Positions 1 through 10,185 are shown, counted from the stretch's first letter. The stretch is 64,000 bases of DNA from Leptonemataceae bacterium (GCA_965227295.1 OZ245742.1:2240001-2304000), one strand, 5' to 3'. Notes: a model not told the origin generated them from the sequence alone. Translations and numbers: made by a program.

Positions 1-1
1 C

Positions 2-1678
2 TTTGCGTTCGAACTTACGCCGGAGATGTTTCGCGGAGAAAGCCCCGCCGTGGATCGGTTGCGGCGCTTTTTGCCGCGGGAGTTTCGCGGGAGTGACGGC
101 GCGTCCCCCGTGCTGCGGACAACGGAAGCAGCCCTCACTGTGCGCGCGCCGCTGCCGCCCGGCCTGAACGCCGACGTCCTGGATCCGGAGCAGATCTACT
201 TTTTCGCCGAGGCCGAAGGTCTCGCCGCCCACGCCGAAGCGCAAAGCGTTAACCTTTCCGAAACAGAAGTTACGCTCACAATTCCCCTGGACGGCAACGC
301 CGCACTCCAGGCCGAAACGGATCCGAACGAACTCCGCGGCGTGTTGATGTTCGGGGCGACGCCGGGCACGGACGACGTGCTCGCCTGGCGGATCGACGGC
401 GGGAAAAAACGCGGCGGCTTTGCAAACATCTTACTGATGATGCTCTTTGCGTTTGCGGGCGGACTCATTCTGAATCTCATGCCCTGCGTGTTGCCGGTGC
501 TGTCATTGAAAGTCCTGTCGTTGCTCGAACACCGCGGTGACGGCGGCAATCTGCGGAGCGGCCTCTGGTTTACGTTCGGGGTGCTGGTCTCGTTCTGGGC
601 CCTGGCCGGCGTTCTGTTACTGTTGAAGGCCGGCGGCGAGGCCGTGGGCTGGGGCTATCAGTTGCAATCGCCGGGTTTCGTGTTCGGGTTGGGGCTCGTG
701 CTCTTCGGCTTCGCGTTGAATCTGCTCGGCGTCTTCGAAGTCGCCGTGCCCGGGGGCGCGTTTGTAGGAACTCTTACGGACGGTGTGAAAACGAGCGGCG
801 CCGGGCGGCATTTTTTTACCGGGGTGCTTGCGACGATCGTCGCCACGCCGTGCACGGCGCCGTTCATGGGTACGGCCATGGGCTTCGCGTTCACCCAGGG
901 AACGTTTACGGCCCTGGGTATTTTCACGTTTCTCGGCGCGGGCATGGCCACCCCGGTCCTGCTGCTCACGGCGTTTCCGGCGGCGCTGGCCTATCTTCCG
1001 AAACCCGGTCGGTGGATGGAGAGCCTGAAGCAGTTCTTCGGTTTCCTGCTGCTGGCCACGGTCCTCTGGTTGCTCTGGCTGCTTGGCCGCCTGAGCGGGG
1101 CGGATGCCGTCGTTGCGGCCCTGGCCGGATTGCTGCTCGCCGGCGTCGCCGCCTGGATCTTCGGTCGCTGGGCCTCGCCGCTGCAATCATCCGGCACGCG
1201 TCGTCTGGCCGGGGTCCTCGCCGTTGGGCTCGCCGTGGTTTCGCTGCTCGGAACGTACTATTTAATAGAAAGATTCGCCGGAACTCCGGCGCAACGTCCG
1301 GCGGCAGGGGCGAGCTTTCAAAAGTGGGAAGAGTTTTCACCGGGCCGACTCGCCGAACTGCGGGCCGACGGCACACCGGTCTTCATCGATTTCACGGCGG
1401 ATTGGTGTCTGAGCTGCAAGGTCAACGAGGCGCTCACGTTCGAATCGCCGGCGGTCTGGGAGGCCATGGCCGAGCGCGGCCTGGTCGCCCTCAAGGCCGA
1501 CTGGACCCGCCGGGACCCGGAGATCAGCCGGGCGCTGGAATCCTACGGGCGGAGCGGGGTGCCGGTCTACGTCCTCTACCGTGGCGACCCCGGTGCGGAA
1601 CCGCGGTTGTTGCCGGAGGTCTTGACGGAGAGCCTGTTTCTGGCCGCACTGGAACGCCTGCCGGTGCTCGACAAATGA
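2..1678 (+). CDS. dsbD: Thiol:disulfide interchange protein DsbD family (5' end lies outside the window)
   Basis: LNLMPCVLP and ATPCTAPFMG transmembrane cysteine motifs; C-terminal thioredoxin domain DFTADWCLSCK; frame is open from position 2. Confidence 0.9.
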   Translation, partial: FAFELTPEMFRGESPAVDRLRRFLPREFRGSDGASPVLRTTEAALTVRAPLPPGLNADVLDPEQIYFFAEAEGLAAHAEAQSVNLSETEVTLTIPLDGNAALQAETDPNELRGVLMFGATPGTDDVLAWRIDGGKKRGGFANILLMMLFAFAGGLILNLMPCVLPVLSLKVLSLLEHRGDGGNLRSGLWFTFGVLVSFWALAGVLLLLKAGGEAVGWGYQLQSPGFVFGLGLVLFGFALNLLGVFEVAVPGGAFVGTLTDGVKTSGAGRHFFTGVLATIVATPCTAPFMGTAMGFAFTQGTFTALGIFTFLGAGMATPVLLLTAFPAALAYLPKPGRWMESLKQFFGFLLLATVLWLLWLLGRLSGADAVVAALAGLLLAGVAAWIFGRWASPLQSSGTRRLAGVLAVGLAVVSLLGTYYLIERFAGTPAQRPAAGASFQKWEEFSPGRLAELRADGTPVFIDFTADWCLSCKVNEALTFESPAVWEAMAERGLVALKADWTRRDPEISRALESYGRSGVPVYVLYRGDPGAEPRLLPEVLTESLFLAALERLPVLDK

Positions 1679-1727
1679 GGCGTCAGTGCTTAACTTGCAA
1701 GGACACAGGAACCAGGAGAGGAATCTT

Positions 1728-2360
1728 ATGAACTATCGCATTGCTTTCGCCGCGCTGCTCGCCGCCGCCGTGGCCATGACCGGCGCCTGCCGCGACCCCG
1801 AGCTGGACGCGCGTTCCGCCGGACTCGTGGGCGAGGCCGCCCCGGACTTCACGTTGCCTTCCCACGACGGCAAGTCCTACAGCTTCGGCGATCTCAAAGG
1901 CAAGTACGTCGTGCTGGAGTGGATCAACTTCGACTGCCCCTTCGTGCGCAAGCACTACAACAACAGCGACAACATGGTTTCGTTGCAAAAGAAGTTCATC
2001 GAGAAAGGCGTGGTCTGGTTTTCCGTGAACTCCAGCGCGCAGGGCAAGCAGGGTCACTTTGCTCCCGCGGAAATCAACAAACGCATGCAACAGGTGAACT
2101 GGGCCGGTAGCGCGTACCTGCTCGATACCGACGGCAAGGTCGGCCGGGCCTACGGCGCGCAGACGACGCCGCACATGTACATCATCGATCCCGAAGGCAC
2201 GCTCGTCTACGCCGGCGCCATCGATGACAATTCTTCGTCCAGCGCGAGCAGCATCGAAGGCGCGACGAACTATGTGGACGTCGCCCTGGGCGAGGCCATG
2301 AACGGCGAGGCGGTGAGCACGCCGTCGACGAAATCCTACGGCTGTTCGGTGAAATACTGA
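1728..2360 (+). CDS. Redoxin/thioredoxin-family lipoprotein (AhpC/TSA-like)
   Basis: APDFTL...VVLEWINFDCPFV, TTPHMYIID and terminal YGCSVKY; signal peptide with lipobox-like MTGAC; ATG at 1728 after GGAG. Confidence 0.85.
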   Translation: MNYRIAFAALLAAAVAMTGACRDPELDARSAGLVGEAAPDFTLPSHDGKSYSFGDLKGKYVVLEWINFDCPFVRKHYNNSDNMVSLQKKFIEKGVVWFSVNSSAQGKQGHFAPAEINKRMQQVNWAGSAYLLDTDGKVGRAYGAQTTPHMYIIDPEGTLVYAGAIDDNSSSSASSIEGATNYVDVALGEAMNGEAVSTPSTKSYGCSVKY

Positions 2361-2419
2361 GAGCGGTCGCGTCTGGGTGATTTGGCTGGACAGGCCGTGC
2401 TTTCAATCGATGATGCCCC

Positions 2420-3109
2420 ATGTCCATCCTGGGAAGTTTGAATAAGATTATCGAACCTGCGCTGGGCTTCTCGCTCCACGCGCAGGTCGGTAATCCGAAA
2501 GAGCGGGCCGGTCAGCTCACCGAGTCGACGCTGCGCCGCATGCTGCACTTCTATACGCTCGTGCTTCAGGCTCCGGCGGCAGGCACGATTGTCGAGTGCG
2601 GTGTCGGCTGGGGGCGTTCGTTGTTTTATCTTGCGGCCATCCAGCGTACCCTGGGACGCGACGGCACGCTGTACGGTTTCGATTCTTTCGAAGGATTTCC
2701 GGAACCGACCGATGGAGACGCCGGCAGCAGTATCAAGATCGAAAAGGGCCGCTATCGTACGAGTGAAGCGGCTGTACGCGCGCACCTTGTCAATAGCGGC
2801 ATTCCGCAGGACTTTATCGCGGAGAAGATTCGACTCGTACCGGGTTTCTTCGAGGACAGCCTGCAACACTACGACGGCGGCCCGGTGTCACTGTTGCACC
2901 TGGACGTGGACCTCTACGAATCCTACGTGCAAACGCTGGAGTTCTTTTATCCGCGCGTGGCGAGCGGCGGGGTCATCGCCTTCGACGAATACCACGACAA
3001 AAACAAGTTCCCCGGGGCGCGCCGCGCCATTGACGCCTTCCTGGCCGATAAACCCGAGGAAGTTCGTCGTTCCGAATTTCTGGATCGTTACTATCTAATC
3101 AAAGCTTGA
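2420..3109 (+). CDS. TylF/MycF-family O-methyltransferase
   Basis: IVECGVGWG, FDSFEGFP, LLHLDVDLYES and GGVIAFDEY motifs. Confidence 0.85.
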   Translation: MSILGSLNKIIEPALGFSLHAQVGNPKERAGQLTESTLRRMLHFYTLVLQAPAAGTIVECGVGWGRSLFYLAAIQRTLGRDGTLYGFDSFEGFPEPTDGDAGSSIKIEKGRYRTSEAAVRAHLVNSGIPQDFIAEKIRLVPGFFEDSLQHYDGGPVSLLHLDVDLYESYVQTLEFFYPRVASGGVIAFDEYHDKNKFPGARRAIDAFLADKPEEVRRSEFLDRYYLIKA

Positions 3110-3160
3110 TTCGCCGAAAACGGTGGGCGTTTTGTTTTCATACTTTAGATTGTAGCTCAG

Positions 3161-4282
3161 ATGAACGGTGCGGACATTGCGGAACACAACCCTCGCAACA
3201 GCTTTCTGGATCGCGTGCTCTGGAGCACGAAGTACGGGAACTTTACCGTAGAAAACATCCCGTACTTTCTGCTGCACCTCTCGCCCATCGCGGCGCTTTT
3301 CGTTCCGTTCACCTGGGATCTCGTCATGCTGTGCGCCGCTCTCTACTTCGCGCGCATGTTCGCGATTACGGGCTTCTATCATCGTTACTTCAGTCACCGC
3401 GGCTATCGGGTGCCCTCGCGTTTCGTTCAGTTTCTTATGGCGTTCTGGGGTTGCACGGCTCTGCAACAGGGGCCGTTGTGGTGGGCGAATCATCATCGCT
3501 ATCATCATCGCCATTCCGACACGGAGAAGGACCTGCACTCGCCCGCGCGCTCCGGCTTTTTGTACTCGCATACGCTCTGGTTCTTGTTTCTGAAACACCA
3601 CTCCGAATTTGCGGGACACACGCAAGAACACGATGCGCCGAAAGACCTGGCGCGTTTTCCCGAACTACGCTGGCTGGATCGTTTTCACATTGTGCCGCCG
3701 GTGATTCTCGCCGTGGTCCTGTTCTGGATCGGCGGCCGGACGTACGTCGTGTGGGGTTTCGGCATCAGCACGGTCTTGTTGTATCACGGCACGTTTACCA
3801 TCAACTCGTTGTCGCACATGTACGGCCGGCGTCGCTTCGATACGAACGACACCTCGCGCAATAACTTCTGGCTGGCGATGATTACGCTGGGGGAAGGCTG
3901 GCACAACAATCATCACGCCTTCTGCGGCGGGGCTCAGGCCGGTTTTTACGCGCGCGAGCTGGACGTTACGTATCTGGGTCTGCGTCTCCTGGCGTTTTTC
4001 GGCCTGGTCCGCGACCTCGGCGCGCCGCCGAAGCGTCTGCTCGCCAGAGGACGTCGCGCGGATCGTTTGCGCAAACGCCTGCATGGCTACGTGCGCAAGG
4101 GCGTGGCGTCCCGGTTGTCGGTGAGGGAGATTCAGCTTTTGCTCGAAGCCGGGAATTGCTGTGTCGAACGCGCGGTGATGCGGCGCCTCCCGCTCGCGGA
4201 TTTGCGGGATTTGATTGAACGTTACCGCCGCACGAAAGAGCGACTGCTCCGCATCGAAGCGAATGCGCCCGTGATGGGGTAG
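3161..4282 (+). CDS. Delta-9-type acyl-CoA/fatty acid desaturase
   Basis: Three His boxes HRYFSH, HRYHH and GEGWHNNHH. Confidence 0.9.
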   Translation: MNGADIAEHNPRNSFLDRVLWSTKYGNFTVENIPYFLLHLSPIAALFVPFTWDLVMLCAALYFARMFAITGFYHRYFSHRGYRVPSRFVQFLMAFWGCTALQQGPLWWANHHRYHHRHSDTEKDLHSPARSGFLYSHTLWFLFLKHHSEFAGHTQEHDAPKDLARFPELRWLDRFHIVPPVILAVVLFWIGGRTYVVWGFGISTVLLYHGTFTINSLSHMYGRRRFDTNDTSRNNFWLAMITLGEGWHNNHHAFCGGAQAGFYARELDVTYLGLRLLAFFGLVRDLGAPPKRLLARGRRADRLRKRLHGYVRKGVASRLSVREIQLLLEAGNCCVERAVMRRLPLADLRDLIERYRRTKERLLRIEANAPVMG

Positions 4283-4512
4283 AGTTGCCGTGATCCGTGG
4301 GCTCGCTGCGAATGACACGCAGTCAGTGACGCAACGTCAGTCGGACGCGATGAACGGTGTTCGTGCCATCGGATTTTCCCCGGCACCATCCGTTTTTAAT
4401 GGAGATTTGAGGGCGGGCGATTTATTACGGTTTTTTCGTAATTCTGCAACAATCTTCCGCCCGGGCTTTCGTATACTCAAAGCTCCCATTTCCCTTTGGA
4501 GTTCCTTTCATC

Positions 4513-5853
4513 ATGATCGATACGATTCTCTCTGTCATCGAACAGGTCGAATTCGACGGCGACTTCGTCGTTAAGTTTCCCGACGGCCGCACCTATCGCC
4601 GCGGGGTTTCCGAGCCGCTCTTTACGGTGCACATCAAGACCGAACGCGCGCTGCGTGAAATTCTGCGCAACCCGTCCATGGGCCTTGGTGAATCCTATAT
4701 GGCCGAAGAAGTGGACATCGACGGCGACATGCAACAGTTCTGCCGCTTCGGTTTCATTCTCAAAGACTCGCACTTCGATACGTCGTGGCTCGAAAAGATC
4801 CGTTTCGCCATCGGTTATTTTCTTCGTCGCAATACCCTCGAAGGATCGCGCAAGAACATCGCCGCGCACTACGATCTCGGCAACGAATTCTACTCGCTGT
4901 GGCTGGACCGCGAGGCCATGCAGTACACCTGCGCCTACTTCGAAAACGAAACCGACACCATTGAACAGGCGCAGATCCAAAAGATCGACCTCGTTTGCCG
5001 TAAGTTGCGCCTGCAACCCGGCGAGTCCGTCGTCGAGGCCGGCTGCGGCTGGGGCGGTTTCGCGTTGTATGCGGCTCAGAAGTACGGCGTTAAGATGCGT
5101 TCGTTCAACATTTCGAAAGAACAGATCGCCTTCGCCCAGGAAAAGGCCGCGCGCCTCGGCGTTACAAACGTCGAATACGTCCTCGACGATTACCGCAACA
5201 TCGGCAGCGACCGCCGTCAGTACGACAAGTTCGTAAGCATCGGCATGCTCGAGCACGTCGGCGTCGAGAACTACGGCACGCTCTACGACATCATTCACCG
5301 GGCCGTGAAACCCCGGGGCCTGGCCATGGTTCACAGCATCAGCCGCAACGCCCCGCAAAAGACGGACGCCTGGCTGGAAAAGTACATCTTCCCGGGCAGC
5401 CTCATGCCGTCGCTCTCCGAGATGTGCGGTCCCGTGGAACAAAGCGATCGCCCGCTCTTCGTCCAGGACGTCGAGAACCTGCGCTACCACTACGCGCTGA
5501 CTCTCGATCACTGGGTCGGTCGGCTGGAGGATCACGCCGATCTCATTCGTTCGAAGTACGGCGAGGCCTTCTATCGCATGTTCCGTTTTTATCTGCACGC
5601 ATCCGCCGCGGGTTTTCGTTGGGGCGGGATCTTACTCTATCAAATGCTGCTTTCGAACGGCTACGACAATGTCGCGCCGCTTACCCGCCGCCACTTCTTC
5701 GCGGAAAAAAAGGTGACCGGCCTGAACGGCAAGGTCGGTGTGAACGGGCGAGCGCGGAGCAACGGCAAAACGAGTGCTAACGGACGGGCCGCGTCCAACG
5801 GTAAGCGGACTGCAAAGAAAAAGAAAGCGAAAGCCACGGCAAAGCGCCGTTAA
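4513..5853 (+). CDS. cfa: Cyclopropane-fatty-acyl-phospholipid synthase family methyltransferase
   Basis: NIAAHYDLGNEFY, MQYTCAYF, AGCGWGG, SIGMLEHVG, KYIFPG and HYALTL motifs. Confidence 0.9.
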   Translation: MIDTILSVIEQVEFDGDFVVKFPDGRTYRRGVSEPLFTVHIKTERALREILRNPSMGLGESYMAEEVDIDGDMQQFCRFGFILKDSHFDTSWLEKIRFAIGYFLRRNTLEGSRKNIAAHYDLGNEFYSLWLDREAMQYTCAYFENETDTIEQAQIQKIDLVCRKLRLQPGESVVEAGCGWGGFALYAAQKYGVKMRSFNISKEQIAFAQEKAARLGVTNVEYVLDDYRNIGSDRRQYDKFVSIGMLEHVGVENYGTLYDIIHRAVKPRGLAMVHSISRNAPQKTDAWLEKYIFPGSLMPSLSEMCGPVEQSDRPLFVQDVENLRYHYALTLDHWVGRLEDHADLIRSKYGEAFYRMFRFYLHASAAGFRWGGILLYQMLLSNGYDNVAPLTRRHFFAEKKVTGLNGKVGVNGRARSNGKTSANGRAASNGKRTAKKKKAKATAKRR

Positions 5854-5885
5854 GTGCGTTCGCGTAATTATTAACGAGTACATCT

Positions 5886-7004
5886 ATGGAAAACTACGAC
5901 GTAATCATCATCGGCGGGGGGCCCGGCGGCTCCACCGTCGCCTGGAAGCTTGCCCGGTACGGCCTGCGGCCGCTGGTCTTGGACAAGGACGCGTTCCCGC
6001 GGTTGAAGCTCTGCGCCGGCTGGATTACGCCGGAGGTGGTCCGGGATCTGGAGATCGATCCGGCGACGTATCCGCATCGCTTCGTAACATTCAACGGCAT
6101 TAAGGCGCAGTACTTCTCCTCGTTCGGTACGCACAGCCTTACGTTCTCCGATACCCAGCACAGCATCAGCCGTACGGAGTTCGACGCCTGGTTGCTCGAA
6201 CGCAGCGGGGCCGAGGTGCGCAAGCATACGGTGCGCAGCATTCAAAAAGACGGCGACGAGTTCGTCATCGACAACGCGTATCGCGCGAAGTACCTGGTGG
6301 GTGCCGGCGGCACGCATTGCCCGGTTTTTCGCACGCTCTTCGCGGACCTGAATCCGCGCACGAAAGAGTATCAGATCGGCGCGCTGGAACAGGAGTTCGA
6401 GTACAACTACGAAGACGATACGTGCCGGTTGTGGTTCGGGGAGAACGGCATCGTCGGTTATTCCTGGTATGTTCCGAAGGGCAAAAACCTCATCAACGTC
6501 GGCATCGGCGGATTTTCCGAGTACATCGGCAACGGCCAGATCACTCTGCGCGAGCACTGGGATCTGTTCACGCGCCGCCTGGCGGACGAGGGCCTGGTCA
6601 CCGGTCACACCTACAAACCCAAGGGGCACACCTACTTCGTGCGCGAACCGGTGAAGGTCGGCCAGTTCGGTAACGCCTTCATCGTCGGCGACAGCGCGGG
6701 CCTGGCCACCCGGGACCTGGCCGAGGGCATCGGCCCGGCCGTGGAAAGCGCGTTGCGTTGCGCCGAGTCCATCGCCGAGAAGAAACCGTACTCCCTGGAA
6801 GGCCTCACCGAATACAGCGCCTTCCTGAAAGACAGCTTCGGCAATTCCTTCATGGATCGTTTCCTGGATCGGCGGGGCACGTTCTTCCGGGACTGGATCT
6901 ACGGCACCGGCTGGAAACGCAAGGAGGCCCGGGGCAAGAAGAAACTCGCGGACCTGCGCTCGTCGGAAACGGAATCCTCTAAAGAACCGGCGGGCGTAAG
7001 TTAA
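5886..7004 (+). CDS. FAD-dependent oxidoreductase, geranylgeranyl reductase-like
   Basis: IIIGGGPGGS Rossmann motif, FPRLKLCAG, GYSWYVPKG and VGDSAGL...AEGIGPA. Confidence 0.85.
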   Translation: MENYDVIIIGGGPGGSTVAWKLARYGLRPLVLDKDAFPRLKLCAGWITPEVVRDLEIDPATYPHRFVTFNGIKAQYFSSFGTHSLTFSDTQHSISRTEFDAWLLERSGAEVRKHTVRSIQKDGDEFVIDNAYRAKYLVGAGGTHCPVFRTLFADLNPRTKEYQIGALEQEFEYNYEDDTCRLWFGENGIVGYSWYVPKGKNLINVGIGGFSEYIGNGQITLREHWDLFTRRLADEGLVTGHTYKPKGHTYFVREPVKVGQFGNAFIVGDSAGLATRDLAEGIGPAVESALRCAESIAEKKPYSLEGLTEYSAFLKDSFGNSFMDRFLDRRGTFFRDWIYGTGWKRKEARGKKKLADLRSSETESSKEPAGVS

Positions 7005-7019
7005 GCCGGCGCCGTCCCT

Positions 7020-7907
7020 GTGCGTAAGATTCTCTACGCCGTCCTCGGAACCGCGGTCGTCACTGCCGCGGTTCTTTATTATCTGCACGTCGAACGTCTG
7101 CGCGCGCACGACCGTGCGGCCGCCGCCATGATCGCGGAGTACACGCGCTACGCCTACCGCACGGAGCGGCTGTTCATCGAGAGCCTGCCGATTTACGAGG
7201 ACTACAGCACGCCGGCCAGGGAAGCGGAGCTGCGTCGGTATCTGTTGCAGGATCATCTCGCCGCCGCCGCGAAGTACGGAATCGTGCCGCCGGTGGAAAG
7301 CGAGGACGCGATCGAAGGCCTGGCGGAGGCGGGGCGCCTGGTCTCCGTGCCGAATACGGCGGAGACGTCGTTCTTCTATTACAACGTAAAGAGCGAACAT
7401 CGTTATCTTACGCCCGGCGCGAAACTCGGCCTGGAAAAAATCGGCGAGCGATTTAACGCGATCCTGCGCGAGCGCGTGGAACGCAAAGTGAAAGCCGACC
7501 GGAGCGCGGAGCTGCCCCTCGTGAAGTTTGCGGTCTCCTCGGCCCTGCGTCCGGTGAGTTACCAGGCCGGGCTGCGCGGGCGCAACGCCAACGCTTCGTA
7601 TTTATCGTCGCACAGCGCCGGCGTGAGCTTCGATCTTTTCTACGATGAGTACTACGTGAGCCTCGATGATCCGAACATAGACGCACTGCCCGCGGAAATC
7701 GGCTTTGATCCGGCGTCCCAGGCCGAACTGCACAAGAGCAGCGCCGACAAATTGCGCCGCCGATTGGGCTATCTTCAGGGCGCTGCGCTGCGGCGACAGT
7801 TTCGGGCGATTCTCACCGAGACCCTGCTCCAGCTCCAGAACGAGGGCTGGATCTACGCCATCCTCGAACGCAACCAGCGTTGCTATCACGTCACCGTGCT
7901 GCGCTGA
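7020..7907 (+). CDS. Membrane-anchored DUF5715-like protein
   Basis: N-terminal TM helix; VSSALRP...LRGRNANAS...SSHSAGVSFD and ERNQRCYHVTV motifs. Confidence 0.6.
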   Translation: MRKILYAVLGTAVVTAAVLYYLHVERLRAHDRAAAAMIAEYTRYAYRTERLFIESLPIYEDYSTPAREAELRRYLLQDHLAAAAKYGIVPPVESEDAIEGLAEAGRLVSVPNTAETSFFYYNVKSEHRYLTPGAKLGLEKIGERFNAILRERVERKVKADRSAELPLVKFAVSSALRPVSYQAGLRGRNANASYLSSHSAGVSFDLFYDEYYVSLDDPNIDALPAEIGFDPASQAELHKSSADKLRRRLGYLQGAALRRQFRAILTETLLQLQNEGWIYAILERNQRCYHVTVLR

Positions 7908-8021
7908 GCCGGGCCGATCGCTCCCCGGGATCGAAAAAATCGCGAAAGCCGGTTTACCGTCGAACCCTGCTGTCGATATTAGTGTCTAAGTATCGCACTA
8001 ACTTTCTCACAGGAACCCTAC

Positions 8022-8879
8022 ATGAAACTCTCTTCCTCTTTTCGGCGCCGGGCGGCGCGCTACTCCGTCATCCTGGCATTGCCTTTCGTTTTCACATCGT
8101 GCTTTAACATTCTGCATTACATCGACATCGGCAAAGACGGCAGCCTCAGCATTCGCTGGCGCATGGGCGTCAGTGCGGCGCTGGCGGAAATGTCGGAACA
8201 GAACGCCGAGCCGGGCAAAAAAAGCATGACCGAAAGTCTCGCCGAGGCGGAGCAGGAAATCAAAGCGGCCTTCGGCAGCATCGCGCAGAACATCAAGGTC
8301 ATGCAGTTCAAGAACCCGCAGGCCAGCGGTCTCGACGTGCAGTTGAACGTGAAGGACCCGAAGAAGCTCAAGCAGGACGCATTACCCGAGGACGAAATGC
8401 CGATCCTGCCGGCCTACGACGCCGGCAAAAAGAAGCTCACGTTTCGATTCACGCAGAGCAACACGTCTTCGCTCCAGGGCGAAGAAGAGCAGAGCCCCAC
8501 GAAACCCATGGGCCCGAAGGATGACGGCGCGGGCGAGATGGACGACGCGGAAGATTCCGCGGGCGGCGAGGGCGAAGCCGAAGGCGGCATGGCCGAGGAC
8601 GACGGCATCGAAGAAAACCCGTACGGCCCCGGCGCCGAGGACGGCATGGCGGCCATGAGTGAACGCCTGGGAGCGCTCTTCGGATCCATGGCGACGTACG
8701 ACATCTTTTTAGGTCCCGGTGTCAAACCGAAGGCCGTCTACATTCAAACGCTGGCAGGGGAGAAGGTCGACGACCTGGAAATCCTGAAGCTCGGAGAACA
8801 ACACCTGGTGCGCTTCCCGCTCCTGGGCATGATGATGCAGTTCGAGGACGGCTTTGAGTTAGTGGTGGAGATGAAGTAG
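8022..8879 (+). CDS. Hypothetical lipoprotein with acidic low-complexity linker
   Basis: Spirochaete-like lipobox FVFTSC; Asp/Glu/Gly-rich central segment. Confidence 0.65.
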   Translation: MKLSSSFRRRAARYSVILALPFVFTSCFNILHYIDIGKDGSLSIRWRMGVSAALAEMSEQNAEPGKKSMTESLAEAEQEIKAAFGSIAQNIKVMQFKNPQASGLDVQLNVKDPKKLKQDALPEDEMPILPAYDAGKKKLTFRFTQSNTSSLQGEEEQSPTKPMGPKDDGAGEMDDAEDSAGGEGEAEGGMAEDDGIEENPYGPGAEDGMAAMSERLGALFGSMATYDIFLGPGVKPKAVYIQTLAGEKVDDLEILKLGEQHLVRFPLLGMMMQFEDGFELVVEMK

Positions 8880-8888
8880 GCTAATTCC

Positions 8889-8999
8889 ACTCCGAGGACC
8901 GAGACACCGAGTTCAAGCGACGAGGGTTTGCATAACCCGATTGCGTTCAGCTTACGAACGCCTCCACGTGCTTCTCCTCGGCACCTCGGTCCTCGGAGT
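8889..8999. repeat. Intergenic inverted repeat (REP/MITE-like) between convergent genes
   Basis: actccgaggaccgag-aca-ccgag (8889-8911) pairs with ctcgg-cac-ctcggtcctcggagt (8977-8999); a third arm lies at 10162-10185. Confidence 0.7.
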
Positions 9000-9001
9000 T
9001 C

Positions 9002-9976
9002 TTAATTCTTCTCGCTGCCTTTTTTCATTTTGCGAGCCTGCATCAGGAAGCGCAGCGCCTTGTCGGTGTCGCCGTTGAACAGGTGCAGGAAACTCAAATC
9101 CACCATGTCTTTCAAATCGTTCTGAAGATCACCGGCGTCTTCACCGGCCGCGGCTTTGCCCTGCGCCAATCGCGCCTTGCGTTGTTCGATCTTCTTCCGT
9201 AAGCGTGTCGTGCGTTCGCGGATTTTGTTGTCGATGCCTTCGAACATTTCCGCGTACTCGCTTTCGCGTTCCGCGCGCGCCGCTTCTAAGTGTTGCGTAA
9301 ACGAAACGTATTTTTCCGAGGATTGCGTGAGCTTTCGGTACTCGTTCAGCGAGTCCTCGTAGCGATCCAGCTTCAGTAAGAGGCCGGCGCGCAGGTTTTC
9401 CAGGAACGCGTCGCCGCCTTTTTGTGCGCGGGCCTGGTAGCTCTCAATGACCTTCAGCGCTTCTTCGAAACGTTCCTGATCGCTCAGCGAAACGGCGAGG
9501 CCCAGGGCCGCGGGGCGGGAGCCGGCGTCGATCTTGAGCGCGTTCGTGAAGTAGATGGCGGCCTTGTCGTAGCGCTTTTGTTTGTCGTAGACGTAGGCCA
9601 GTAAGATGTGCGCTTTCAGCAGACGTTTGTCCGTCCGCAGCGCGGACTTGAGGTACTGCTCGCACTCCGGCAGCCGGCCGAGTTTGTAACATTCACTGCC
9701 CAGGTTGAAGTACACGGCCGCGTCCTCGCCGAGTTCTAAGGCGCGCCGGAAGAAACCTAACGCCAGGTCCGGCCGCCGCGCGCGGGAATAGATGGCGCCC
9801 AGGTTCACGAAGGCCTGGCGGAAGTTCATGTCCTCCCGGGCCGCCGCCTTGTAGAGTCGCAACGCCTCGGGGATCTTGCCCGCCTGTTCGGCCCGGAGAG
9901 CCGCCGTGTAGTATTCTTTTGCTTTGCCTGCCATTTGATCGATGTTTGCCGGAAGTTCTAACGTCGCCGCGCCCAT
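9002..9976 (-). CDS. Tetratricopeptide repeat protein (start uncertain: 9934, 9976 or 10015)
   Basis: Repeated A..NLG..Y / A...F..AL TPR pattern; coiled-coil C-terminus. Confidence 0.8.
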   Translation of the reverse strand: MGAATLELPANIDQMAGKAKEYYTAALRAEQAGKIPEALRLYKAAAREDMNFRQAFVNLGAIYSRARRPDLALGFFRRALELGEDAAVYFNLGSECYKLGRLPECEQYLKSALRTDKRLLKAHILLAYVYDKQKRYDKAAIYFTNALKIDAGSRPAALGLAVSLSDQERFEEALKVIESYQARAQKGGDAFLENLRAGLLLKLDRYEDSLNEYRKLTQSSEKYVSFTQHLEAARAERESEYAEMFEGIDNKIRERTTRLRKKIEQRKARLAQGKAAAGEDAGDLQNDLKDMVDLSFLHLFNGDTDKALRFLMQARKMKKGSEKN

Positions 9977-10024
9977 GTCACCATTGTCGGCAACAAAAGG
10001 GGAATGCGAAGGCAAAGATCTTTT

Positions 10025-10136
10025 GGGCGTTCCGGACGGCGCCAGGCCCAGGCGCCGTCCGGCGGGCCACTCCGGGCTCCGCTTCGCTTCGGTCCTTCGG
10101 ACTCGCGCTACGCGCGACCCTGCGTGTCCCTAACGC
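10025..10136 (+). repeat. Structured multi-hairpin repeat element, intergenic copy
   Basis: gggcgtt...ccgggctccgcttcgcttcggt...accctgcg...ctaacgc, the same family as the copies at 39754, 42162, 45640 and 49573. Confidence 0.85.
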
Positions 10137-10185
10137 GAAGAAAAATCTTTTCTTCTTCTATCCTCGGTATCTCGGTCCTCGGAGT

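Noticed and set aside
10025..10136. Structured repeat as a tRNA
   Set aside because: It is too long, lacks D-loop/anticodon/T-arm geometry and a CCA end, and arm lengths vary between copies
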